Of a stretch of 64,000 bases of DNA, positions 1 through 8,387 are shown piece after piece (the stretch's first letter is position 1; each line of letters begins with the position of its first letter). Source of the DNA: Thermoanaerobaculia bacterium (GTDB lineage Bacteria; Acidobacteriota; Thermoanaerobaculia; Multivoradales; UBA5704); assembly GCA_035544895.1 (NCBI GenBank), contig DASZZM010000039.1:61007-125006 (forward strand). Direction: 5' to 3'. Made by a program: the position numbers and the translations under genes. Below the pieces are notes generated by a model. That model did not search any database, was not told where the DNA came from, and saw nothing but the letters and a program-made list of their open reading frames with translations.

Positions 1-1
1 G

Positions 2-1291
2 CGGCTGTACGACGAGCTCGTGGCGCTGCCCGAGGTTGCATGGGGGACGGCGATCGAGCAGGAGCGCTTCGGCTCGCCCGGTCTCGCCGATCTGCTGCTC
101 GCGGCGAGCGCCGAGACGGTGGGGAGCGATGCGCCGCGGGCGGAAAAGCTCGCAGCGCTGGCGCTCGACATCGCCGGCGGCGTCGATGGCGGCCGTTACG
201 GCGGGAGCCTGGTGCGGCGCCTGCACGCGCGCTGCCTCTGCGCTCTGGGCGAGGCGCGGCGCCGGCAGGGTGACAGCGCCGCGGCCGAGCGGGCTTTCGA
301 GGTGGCAGGGCGGCGGCTCGGCGACGAGCCCATGGACATCGAGGAGCGCGCCGTGGCCTGCCGGCTGCTGGCGCGGCTGCGCGCCGACCAGGAGAGACTG
401 GACGAGGCTTTCGGGCTGCTCGAGCGGGCGGCGATACTCTTTGCCGGCCTGGCCCGCTTCCGCGAGCTGGGCGAAGTCCTGGGCGAGCAGGGCCTTCTCT
501 ACCTCTCCCACGGCGAAGCGCATGCGGCGCTGCCGCTTTTGCGCGAGGCGGTCGGACACGTCGAGGCCTCGCCGCGGCCGCGTGCCGCGGTCGAGCTGCG
601 CCTCGGCCTGGCGCGCTGCTACGCCGAGCTGGGCCAGCCGGCCGAGGCGGACGCCGCCCTGGGGGCAGCGCGCCAGCTCTACCACCTCTTCGGCCGCCGC
701 GAGCGGCTGACCTTCCTGCACGCCGAGGCGGGCATCGACGCGCTGTGCCACCGGCTGCTCAAGGCGGTCTCGAAGCTCACGGCCGTGGTGCACCGGCTTG
801 GCGCCGTGGCGCCCTACGACGCGGCGGCGGCGGCGCTCGACCTGGCCGAGATCTACCTCGAGCGCGGCATGCGCGAGCCGCTGCTGCGGCTCGGCGGCGA
901 GCTCGTCCTGCTGCTGGCCTCGTCCGAGCTTCATCCGCGGGCGCGCCTGGTGTTGGCGGTCACCGTGGCGGTGCTCGCCCGCTCACCCGATGTCCTGTCG
1001 AGCGATCTCGTCGAGCGGGCGGCGCGCTACTTCGCGCTGGCCCGCCATGCCCCGGAGCGCGCCTTCGAGCGTCCCGAAGGCAGACCCTTCGAGCTGCCCT
1101 GGGACGAGCTCGACCCGGAGAGCTTGCGGCGTGATCTCTGCGCCGTGGCCGGGCTGCCGGAGGAGATGGCGCGCCTCGGTGCGGCGCAGATCGACCCGGC
1201 GATCCGGGAGCGGCTGGCGGCGACCTGCGAGGAGATCCTGGGAGTGCGCATCGTTTTCGGCGAGCTCGGAGCCAGGGCGGAGCCGAGCTGA
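2..1291 (+). CDS. TPR-like helical repeat protein, 5'-truncated by the window edge
   Basis: Frame is open from base 2 (RLYDELVALPE...). Ala/Leu-rich TPR-like repeats (ACRLLARLRADQERLDEAFGLLERAAILF; LRLGLARCYAELGQPAEADAAL). Similar in style to ORFs 1291 and 25101. Confidence 0.65.
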   Translation, partial: RLYDELVALPEVAWGTAIEQERFGSPGLADLLLAASAETVGSDAPRAEKLAALALDIAGGVDGGRYGGSLVRRLHARCLCALGEARRRQGDSAAAERAFEVAGRRLGDEPMDIEERAVACRLLARLRADQERLDEAFGLLERAAILFAGLARFRELGEVLGEQGLLYLSHGEAHAALPLLREAVGHVEASPRPRAAVELRLGLARCYAELGQPAEADAALGAARQLYHLFGRRERLTFLHAEAGIDALCHRLLKAVSKLTAVVHRLGAVAPYDAAAAALDLAEIYLERGMREPLLRLGGELVLLLASSELHPRARLVLAVTVAVLARSPDVLSSDLVERAARYFALARHAPERAFERPEGRPFELPWDELDPESLRRDLCAVAGLPEEMARLGAAQIDPAIRERLAATCEEILGVRIVFGELGARAEPS

Positions 1292-2577
1292 TGGAGCGCG
1301 GGCACCCGAGCCTCGAGACGCTCGCCAAGTGGCTGGCCGGACGGCTCGAGCACGACGAGGTACGCGGCGAGATCGTGCCGCACCTGGCGGAGTGCTGCGC
1401 GGGCTGCCGCGCCCGCTTCGCGGAGATCGGCCGCCTGCAGGGTGAGGTCGGGCATTGGGATGAGGTGGTCGCGGTGCTCGAAGGGCAGGCGGCGCCGGGT
1501 GTGGTCGCCGAGCTGCTGGCGCTGCCCGCGCCGGCGCGCTGGCGGCGCGCGGCGGAGCTCGCCGATTGGGGGGCGAGCCGCGAGCTGCTGCGCCGCAGCC
1601 GCGAGACGGCGCCCGACGACCCCGCCGCGGCAGCGGACCAGGCGCTGCTCGCCGTGGTGATGAGCGAGCGGCTGAGCAGCGCCTACGATCCGAATTGGGT
1701 GCTCGACCTCCAGGCGCTGGCGCACGCGCAGCTCGCCGAGACGCGGCGCCGCCTGGGCGAGCGGCACGGCGCGGGCGAGGAGCTGCGGCGCGCCGAGGAG
1801 TGCCTGGCGCGCAGCACGACCGGCAGCCCCCTGGTGCTGGCGGATGTGTTGACCGCCCGGGCGGCGCTCTCCCGCGACGAGGGACAGCCCGAAGAGGCCA
1901 GCCAGCTGCTCGGCGAAGCGATCGCCCTCTACCGGGAGGCCGAGGAGCGCGACACCGCCGCGGCGGCCGAGGTTCTGGTCGAGAGCGCGGACCTCCTGGC
2001 CGATCTCGGAGACTTCGAGGGCGCGCTGGCCAAGGTGGTCGAGGCGGAGAGCCTGGCGGGCGCCCTGGCCCCCGCCGCCGCCCCCGCGATGGTGATACGG
2101 ATCGAGCTCAAGGTGCTCGACGTCCTGACCCGGGCCGGGCGCGCCGAGCAAGCCGCGGCCCGGCTGGAGCAGGCGCGGGCGCTGGTGGCGGCACAGGGCG
2201 GGGAGCTGGAGGGCGCGCTGCTCGGGTGGGTCGAGGCGCGGCTGGCGCTGTCCGCGGGCGAGACGGCGGCGGCAGAGTCGGGCCTGCGCCGCGTCTGGCC
2301 GTCGCTCGCGGGGCAGCGGCGGTGCGGCGATGCCGCCCTGGCCGCGCTCGAGCTCGCGCTGCTCTTGCTGCACGACGACGGCGCGCCGGCAGAGGAGAGG
2401 CTCAAGTCCCTGGCGGCCGAGCTGACACAGGCGCTCGCCGCCGGCGCCGCCGAGACGGCGACCTGGGAGGGCCTGGTCGACTTCCTGCGCGCTGCCGCGC
2501 AAGGCCAGGTCAGGCCGGCCCTGGTACGGGCGACGGCGGCAGGCCTGCGCCTGGGGCCGCGGGGCAGGCGGTGGTGA
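1291..2577 (+). CDS. TPR-like protein with N-terminal anti-sigma-type zinc-finger-like motif (zf-HC2-like)
   Basis: N-terminus HPSLETLAKWLAG...VPHLAECCAGCRARF (HxxxCxxC-like), followed by TPR-like helices. ATG overlaps the upstream TGA. Confidence 0.7.
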   Translation: MERGHPSLETLAKWLAGRLEHDEVRGEIVPHLAECCAGCRARFAEIGRLQGEVGHWDEVVAVLEGQAAPGVVAELLALPAPARWRRAAELADWGASRELLRRSRETAPDDPAAAADQALLAVVMSERLSSAYDPNWVLDLQALAHAQLAETRRRLGERHGAGEELRRAEECLARSTTGSPLVLADVLTARAALSRDEGQPEEASQLLGEAIALYREAEERDTAAAAEVLVESADLLADLGDFEGALAKVVEAESLAGALAPAAAPAMVIRIELKVLDVLTRAGRAEQAAARLEQARALVAAQGGELEGALLGWVEARLALSAGETAAAESGLRRVWPSLAGQRRCGDAALAALELALLLLHDDGAPAEERLKSLAAELTQALAAGAAETATWEGLVDFLRAAAQGQVRPALVRATAAGLRLGPRGRRW

Positions 2578-2636
2578 GCGCTGGCGGGCCGGGAGGGACC
2601 GAGAGCGACGGGTCGCGCACCCGAGGAGGATCCCCG

Positions 2637-3071
2637 ATGAGCAGGAAACTGAGTTTCGGCCTCGCCGTGGCGAGTCTTTCGGTTGTCTGGGCCTGTAGCG
2701 GCGGTGGCAGCTCACCGTCCGAGCCGGTGGGCCAGGACAGTATCTCGTTGGTCACGATCACACCGGCCGACGGGACCAAGCTCGCCGCGGGCAGCGTGGT
2801 CACCTTCGCGGCGACGCTTCACTACCAGCTGAGCAGCGCCGCCTCGGGCGAGATCATCGAGGTGATTGAGAACCAGAACGGCGGCATTCTCACGAGCGGT
2901 CCGCAGTTTTCCGTAACGGTCAGCCGCGGGCAGGGCTCGGCACAGCTTGCCGACCGGATCACGATACCTTCGAGCGGCGTTACCCAGATCCTGGTCTTCT
3001 TCCCGCTGACTCCCCAGGGAGCCAATCACACATCGATTGTGGCGACCGCCGCCTATCCGGTGGGGCCTTAG
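2637..3071 (+). CDS. Secreted lipoprotein (144 aa), paralog 1
   Basis: GAGGA SD upstream; signal peptide with lipobox VVWA-C; beta-rich mature part; aligns colinearly with 4374-4808. True start lies inside track ORF 1566..3071. Confidence 0.8.
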   Translation: MSRKLSFGLAVASLSVVWACSGGGSSPSEPVGQDSISLVTITPADGTKLAAGSVVTFAATLHYQLSSAASGEIIEVIENQNGGILTSGPQFSVTVSRGQGSAQLADRITIPSSGVTQILVFFPLTPQGANHTSIVATAAYPVGP

Positions 3072-3117
3072 CCACGATGCGTCGCGCGCGCTTCGTGGAG
3101 CTCGAGCGGGTGGGGCA

Positions 3118-4308
3118 ATGATGACGGTTCCCGGAGCACCAGCGAGCGATCGGCAAGCGCTCGAGGATGTGCTGCCGGCGCTGTGCGAGCAGCTCCGGCC
3201 GCAGCTCCGGCGCATCCTCGCCGCTTTCCAGATCCCGATGGAGGACGCCGAGGACCTGGTGCAAACCACACTGCTGATCGCACTCGCGAAGTGGCCCGGG
3301 ATCTGGAACCCCACGGCATGGCTGCTCGGGACTCTCCAGAAACGCTGCATCATGTACTGGCGCGAGCGCCGCCGGCGTAGCGCCCGCCTGGTGGCCCTCG
3401 AGCCGCTCGAGCACGAGCTCAGCGCGGAGCCGCCCCAGGAAGGCCGAGTCCTCCTCGCCGAGATCGAGACGCTGTGCCGCCGGCTGCCGCAGCCGCAACG
3501 TGCGGTCGTTGTCCTCTACTGCTGCCAGGGCCTGCCCCAGCGGGACGTGGCGCGCGCCACCGGCCTCCGTCCTTCGTCGGTGAGGAAGACCGCGCATCGA
3601 GCAGTCGCCCAGCTGCGCCAGGCCGTAAAGGGTCGCGCGCCCGGTCCTCGCCACCCTTCCCGCCACTGCCTCGGCACCGGCTCGCCGTGGCCGGTAAACG
3701 CTTTCTTGGCCGCCTATGCCAGGTCGACACGGCGGAACTACGGCTGGCAGCTTGGCCGCGCCGCTGCCGCGCTTGGCGACGGCCCACTCGCCGAGCTCAC
3801 TGCCGAAGCGCTGGCCGCCTACCGCGCCGCCGTGATTGCGGACGGCCGCCCGCCCGGCAGTCAAGAGGCAACCCTGGCCCCGCTGCGAACGTTCCTCCTC
3901 TGGGCGGCCGAGCACGGTTGGCACGCTCTCGAGCCGGCAGTGATCCGAGAGGCCCTGCGCTCGCCGCTCCGGCGTCTCCGGATCCCGCGCACCCGCGCCG
4001 CCACCGGCTCGCCGTGGTCGGCGCCGGTGGACGCGTTTCTCGCCGGTCGGGCTGACACGACAAAGTGCCTCTACGCCCGGCAGCTTGGCCAGGCCGCCGC
4101 CAAGCTCGGCGGCAGGCCGCTCGCCGAGCTCACCGCCGAAACCCTGGCCGGCTGCGTCGCCGCGCTGAGGGCAGACGGGCGCGCGCCCATCACTCACGCC
4201 CAGAGGATTGTCACGCTGCGATCGTTCCTGCTGTGGACGGGCGAACGCGGCTGGCACGCTCTCGAGCCGGTGGTGGTTGACGAGGCCCTGCGGCGGCCAG
4301 ACGGATGA
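3118..4308 (+). CDS. ECF sigma-70 factor fused to two tandem integrase core-binding (SAM-like) domains
   Basis: Region 2 (EDAEDLVQTTLL...NPTAWLLGTLQKRCIMYWRERRRR) and region 4 (RLPQPQRAVVVL..QGLPQRDVARATGLRPSSVRKTAHRA), then two repeats resembling Phage_int_SAM (STRRNY..QL..A..L...PLAELTAE.LA.....L..DG..P......L..LR.FL.W....G). Confidence 0.75.
   Translation: MMTVPGAPASDRQALEDVLPALCEQLRPQLRRILAAFQIPMEDAEDLVQTTLLIALAKWPGIWNPTAWLLGTLQKRCIMYWRERRRRSARLVALEPLEHELSAEPPQEGRVLLAEIETLCRRLPQPQRAVVVLYCCQGLPQRDVARATGLRPSSVRKTAHRAVAQLRQAVKGRAPGPRHPSRHCLGTGSPWPVNAFLAAYARSTRRNYGWQLGRAAAALGDGPLAELTAEALAAYRAAVIADGRPPGSQEATLAPLRTFLLWAAEHGWHALEPAVIREALRSPLRRLRIPRTRAATGSPWSAPVDAFLAGRADTTKCLYARQLGQAAAKLGGRPLAELTAETLAGCVAALRADGRAPITHAQRIVTLRSFLLWTGERGWHALEPVVVDEALRRPDG
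3675..4295 (+). repeat. Intragenic tandem duplication (~100 aa units) in the sigma factor C-terminal extension
   Basis: CACCGGCTCGCCGTGG at 3675 and 4002; both units read TGSPW..V.AFLA...PLAELTAE.LA...LR.FLLW..E.GWHALEP.V..EALR. Confidence 0.9.
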
Positions 4309-4373
4309 AAGCAGCTACCCGGCCGGAGAAGAAGTGGCGCCCGGCGGGTCATGCGGCGCACAGGAGAATCCCA

Positions 4374-4808
4374 ATGAGCAGAAAACTGGTCTTCGGCCTT
4401 GCCGTCGTGCTCCTGTCGGTTGTCTATGCCTGCAGCGGCGGTGGCAGCTCGCCGTCCGAGCCCGTGAGCCAGGACAGCCTCGCGTTGGTCACGATCGCGC
4501 CGGCCGCCGGGACCAGGCTCGCCGCGGGCAGCGCGGTCACCTTCGCCGCCACGCTCCACTATCAGTTGGGCAGTGCTGCCTCCGGCACCATCGCCGAAGT
4601 CATCGAGAACCAGACCGGCGGCCTGCTCGGCAGCGGCCCGCAGGTGAGCGTCACGGTCAACCGCGGGCAGGGCTCGGTGCAGCTCGCCGACCGCATCACC
4701 GTGCCGCTCTCGGGGGTCACCCAGGTTGAGGTCTTTTTCCCGTTGACTCCCGCGGGCGTGACCACGACCTCGATCGTGGCGACCGCCACCTATCCGGTAG
4801 GGCCTTAG
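4374..4808 (+). CDS. Secreted lipoprotein (144 aa), paralog 2
   Basis: AGGAG SD; lipobox VVYA-C; same length as and colinear with 2637-3071 (MSRKL.FGLAV...CSGGGSSPSEPV...YPVGP). Confidence 0.8.
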   Translation: MSRKLVFGLAVVLLSVVYACSGGGSSPSEPVSQDSLALVTIAPAAGTRLAAGSAVTFAATLHYQLGSAASGTIAEVIENQTGGLLGSGPQVSVTVNRGQGSVQLADRITVPLSGVTQVEVFFPLTPAGVTTTSIVATATYPVGP

Positions 4809-5207
4809 CAGCCATGCCGCTTCGGCCGGGTAGCGCAAGGGTGGGCGGTCGCCGAGGGCTGGCGAGCGGCAGCGGGCCTGGACGAACTCGCAGGGCGCCT
4901 GAGCGTCGCGGCCGGGCGCGACGGCCTTTACGTGGCCGCCTTCTCCGGCGAGGGCGGTCTGTGGCGGCTGCCCTGGGAGGCGCTCGAAGCCGCGGAGTGG
5001 CAGCGGGTCGGCGAGGCGAGGCTGGATGGGGAGCCACTGCCGGTCTTGAATTGATGCCGGTCGACCGCGCCGCGGCTGCTGCAGCGCGCATCCTGATGGG
5101 GTTTCGTGCGGGAGAGGAGCCGCAAGCGCCACGAAACCGCACCGTACGCACGCTGAATAGCGTGGGGGGCGGCGTAAGTCGGTCGGCGGCGGTTCGCCGA
5201 CGCGCCG

Positions 5208-6155
5208 TTAGCTCACCGGCCGCCGCCCGCCATCAATGGGAGTTTGAACGTAATGGCTCTGCGACCCCATGGTGAGGGCGCCGGCTTCAAAATCCAAGTA
5301 GAGCAGGTCTTCGAACGGCCCGAGGTCGGCGCCTGGAGACGCGACCGTGATCCAGTCGGTGATCGCCGCGAGCACCTCGGCGCCGAGCGCCGTGTTGGTG
5401 GTGAACAGGAGCTCCTTGCCGAGGACTTCACCCGACCGGCTCATCTTGAGCTGGACCGCCAGGACACCCGAGAGTTTGCCGAGCCGTCCTTCGGGCACCT
5501 TGAGGCCGAAGAGCCGTCCGGCTGCGTCCTTCTTCGACCGCGCCTGGCGGAAATGGAAGCTCCTGGCCGTATCATCCTCGCCACCGAACATCAGCTGGTG
5601 GTCGGCGCACTGTTGGAACTTCGTCGCATAGTCGGGATCGGAGGCGAACCGTAGTTGTCGGATCGGGACTCGATCTTGCTTCGGCTCGACGAGCTCGCTA
5701 TAGGACCACAGATCTTGGTCAGGCTTGAAATCCTGCTGCAACTGGGTGCACGACTCCAGGGAAAGAGCAGCCGCGCCATCGCTGGTCCTTGTCCGGCTGC
5801 CTGTTGCCTTCGCCGGCGCGACGCCGCCACGAGCTGCAATCTCCGGCAGACTAAGCTTCGCGCACTGATAGTCGGGCCAAGGCCCACAATCGTAGAACGC
5901 GCAGTTGTTCCGATTAACGGGCCTGCCCGCCGTTCTGCAGCAGCACGAAGCCTCCAGGGCTGACCCGCAGAAGCTGTCCCGGCAAAAGGGCGAGCCCGTG
6001 GCGCAAAGCGGTGTGCACTTTGTGGTGTCCGCCACGCACGGGCAGGTGCACTTCGCTGAGCAGTCGTCCTGAGCGACCGCCGGGACCGTGAAGGCCAAGA
6101 CTCCCACCAGCACGGCAAGAGCGACAGTAGCTGGCTCTCGGTTCGTGGAGGACAT
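5208..6155 (-). CDS. Secreted protein with 14-cysteine N-terminal domain and possible TonB_C-like C-terminal domain
   Basis: GGAG upstream; signal peptide ending AVA-Q; 14 Cys in about 67 residues. C-terminal GVLAVQLKMSRSGEV...ALGAEVLAAITDW resembles the TonB C-terminal pattern (weak, by eye). Confidence 0.6.
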   Translation of the reverse strand: MSSTNREPATVALAVLVGVLAFTVPAVAQDDCSAKCTCPCVADTTKCTPLCATGSPFCRDSFCGSALEASCCCRTAGRPVNRNNCAFYDCGPWPDYQCAKLSLPEIAARGGVAPAKATGSRTRTSDGAAALSLESCTQLQQDFKPDQDLWSYSELVEPKQDRVPIRQLRFASDPDYATKFQQCADHQLMFGGEDDTARSFHFRQARSKKDAAGRLFGLKVPEGRLGKLSGVLAVQLKMSRSGEVLGKELLFTTNTALGAEVLAAITDWITVASPGADLGPFEDLLYLDFEAGALTMGSQSHYVQTPIDGGRRPVS

Positions 6156-6435
6156 GTGATCCTCTCCCTTTAAGAAGACTCCTATTCGAGCATATAGCGT
6201 CTCCTGGAGAGGCTGTCAAGGCAGGCGAGTCCGGCGGATGTCCTTTCAGCGGCCGAGGACCTTCTCGCAGGCAGGGTCTCCTGCGGTTTGGCACTGAACG
6301 GCATTTGCAACCTCCGACGACCCGAACCACGGCGTGCTCCTCGGCCGCCGGGTCGCTCATCGCACGAGAGACCTTTCGATGCTCGCCAGGTACGCACTCC
6401 CACCGCGGCAACGCCCTTGACACCCGTCATGTCAT

Positions 6436-6459
6436 GTCTGATAAACGACGTTATCGGAC
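6436..6459. promoter_or_regulatory. Palindromic tyrosine-recombinase-type binding/crossover site
   Basis: GTCTGATAA-ACGACG-TTATCGGAC: 9-bp inverted arms (1 mismatch) with a 6-bp spacer, 16 bp upstream of the integrase-remnant ATG. Confidence 0.6.
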
Positions 6460-6475
6460 CCGAAAAGGAGGCGAG

Positions 6476-6790
6476 ATGCCCCGCCACTCCAAGCCCGCTC
6501 GAACCCCCCAAACCGCATTAGCGCCCCTTGGCGGGCCGATCGGCCGTCCAGGCGGCCTCGTGCTCCCCTCCCTCATCGCCCAGGCCGGCGAGCGGGCGGC
6601 GCGCCGCTTCCTCGACTACTTTACGGCCGAGATCCGAAACCCCCATACTCGCGGCGCCTACGCCGGTGCGGCGCGGCGGTTTCTCGCCTGGTGCGACGGC
6701 CGAGGCCTCGCCCTCTCCGAGCTCCAGCCGTTTGTGGTGGCGGCCTGCGTCGAGGAGCGCGGCCGCGCGCTCGCCGCGCCCTCGGTCAAG
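6476..6790 (+). pseudogene. Truncated tyrosine recombinase/integrase (N-terminal core-binding part only)
   Basis: AAGGAGG SD and ATG at 6476. LPSLIAQAGERAARRFLDYFTAEIRNPHTRGAYAGAARRFLAWC...APSVK is a typical plasmid-type integrase N-terminus. Similarity stops near APSVK; no catalytic R-H-R-Y domain. Confidence 0.75.
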
Positions 6791-6875
6791 GGCGCTACCC
6801 TTCACTGGGGGCGCCTTCGTGAGCTTCCCGGGCCTTCGATCCACGGTGCGGACCCACGACAGGCGTCCAGTCCGG

Positions 6876-7934
6876 CTACCGCAGGTCGGCGCCGACCGCT
6901 TCCCAGATCGACTCGAAGCCGTCGCGGGCCATCAGCTCGAGGAGCTCGAGGTTGATGCGGCGCGCCAGCGAGGGGCCTTCGTAGACCAGGGCGGTGTAGA
7001 CCTGGACCAGGGAGGCGCCGGCGCGGATGCGGCGGTAGGCCTCCTGGCCGGAGTCGATGCCGCCGGCGCTGATCAGGACGGAGCGGCCGAAGACGCGCCG
7101 GGCCACCGCGGCGAGGACGCGGCGACTCTGATCGCGCAGCACCTGGCCGGAGAGGCCGCCGAAGGGCTGGCTGCCGGGGAGGAGAGAGTAGTCGGTCGTG
7201 GTGTTGGTCGCCACGATGCCGGCGGCGCCGGCATCGACCGCCGCGGCGGCCAGGCTCGCGGCCTCGCCGGGCTCGAGATCCGGCGCGAGCTTGACCAGCA
7301 CCGGGCGGCCGGTGAGGCGGGCGGCCAGGGCCAGGAGGGCGCGCAGGAAGGGCTCGTTCTGCAGATCGCGGAGGCCGGGGGTGTTGGGCGAGGACAGGTT
7401 GACGACCAGGTAGTCGGCGAGATCGCCCAGGGCGCCGAGCAAGGCCTCGTAGTCGGCCAGCGCCTCTTCGGCGGGCGTCGCCCGGCCCTTTCCCAGGTTC
7501 ACCCCCACGGGCAGCGGAAACGGCCGCGCGGCGGCGAGGCGGCGGCGCATCGCCGCCAGGCCAGAGTTGTTGAAGCCGAGGGCGTTCTGCAGGCTGCGCG
7601 CGGCGGGGAAGCGGAAGACGCGCGGCCGCGGGTTGCCGGGCTGCGGCAGCGGGGTCACCGTGCCGACCTCGACGAAGCCGAAGCCGAGCATGGGCAGGGC
7701 GCGGACGGCCGCGGCGTCCTTGTCGAAGCCGGCGGCGAGCCCGACCGGGTTGGGGAAACGGCGGCCGAACAGGGTCTGGGCGAGCGCCTCGGCGCTGATC
7801 CGGTAGCGGGCCTCCAGGCGCCGGGCCAGCGGCGGCAGGGCCGCGGCCGCGCGCAGGGCGAAGAGGCCCAGGCGGTGGCTCGTCTCGGGATCGAGCCGGA
7901 AGAGCAGGGGGCGGAGGGCGGGATAGGAGAGCAC
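6876..7934 (-). CDS. pyrD: Quinone-dependent dihydroorotate dehydrogenase (class 2)
   Basis: NPVGLAAGFDK, EVGTVTPLPQPGNPRPRVFR, VNLSSPNTPGLR, KLAPDL, NTT, GGLSG, VQVYTALVYEGP motifs. Confidence 0.95.
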   Translation of the reverse strand: MLSYPALRPLLFRLDPETSHRLGLFALRAAAALPPLARRLEARYRISAEALAQTLFGRRFPNPVGLAAGFDKDAAAVRALPMLGFGFVEVGTVTPLPQPGNPRPRVFRFPAARSLQNALGFNNSGLAAMRRRLAAARPFPLPVGVNLGKGRATPAEEALADYEALLGALGDLADYLVVNLSSPNTPGLRDLQNEPFLRALLALAARLTGRPVLVKLAPDLEPGEAASLAAAAVDAGAAGIVATNTTTDYSLLPGSQPFGGLSGQVLRDQSRRVLAAVARRVFGRSVLISAGGIDSGQEAYRRIRAGASLVQVYTALVYEGPSLARRINLELLELMARDGFESIWEAVGADLR

Positions 7935-8040
7935 GGAGCGCGGCTAGTATTCCATCGCTTCACCCTGTGGTATAGTGCTTTTTCGGCAAACCGCTGGCAT
8001 CACGCAACTTGCTGCCCGGTTCTAGCCTGAGGACGCGGAC

Positions 8041-8337
8041 GTGGAAACCATGCCAGGGGCCACCACCGAAGTGGAGATCTACGGTGTGGTCTACCATGTG
8101 CGCGGCAGCGATGACCAGGAGTACCTTCAGGGACTGGCCGATCTCGTGGACCGCCGGATGCGCGAGGTCGCCCAGCACGCGAGCACGGCCGACACGACCC
8201 GCATCGCGATCCTGGCGGCGCTCAATCTGGCGGATGAACTGTCCCGCACTCAGAAGCGGCAGGAAGGGGAACGGGTCGAGATCAAGGAGAAGGTGGCGAA
8301 GCTGACCGAGGAATTGACGGCAGCCCTGAACGGTTGA
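8041..8337 (+). CDS. zapA: Cell division protein ZapA (start may be ATG 8050)
   Basis: VEIYG..Y.VRG....YL..LA..VD..M; RIAILAALNLADEL; canonical position upstream of 6S RNA and rny. Confidence 0.9.
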   Translation: METMPGATTEVEIYGVVYHVRGSDDQEYLQGLADLVDRRMREVAQHASTADTTRIAILAALNLADELSRTQKRQEGERVEIKEKVAKLTEELTAALNG

Positions 8338-8387
8338 CAGGGAACGGCGGCACCGCCAGCCACACGAGATATATGAAAACTGCTCTT

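Noticed and set aside
1566-2636. Long N-terminal extension of the first lipoprotein (track ORF 1566..3071)
   Set aside because: Overlaps the TPR gene in another frame; SD, signal peptide and the paralog all place the start at 2637.
6790-6955. Continuation of the integrase ORF to 6955
   Set aside because: Similarity ends near APSVK; the remainder is low-information and overlaps the pyrD 3' end.
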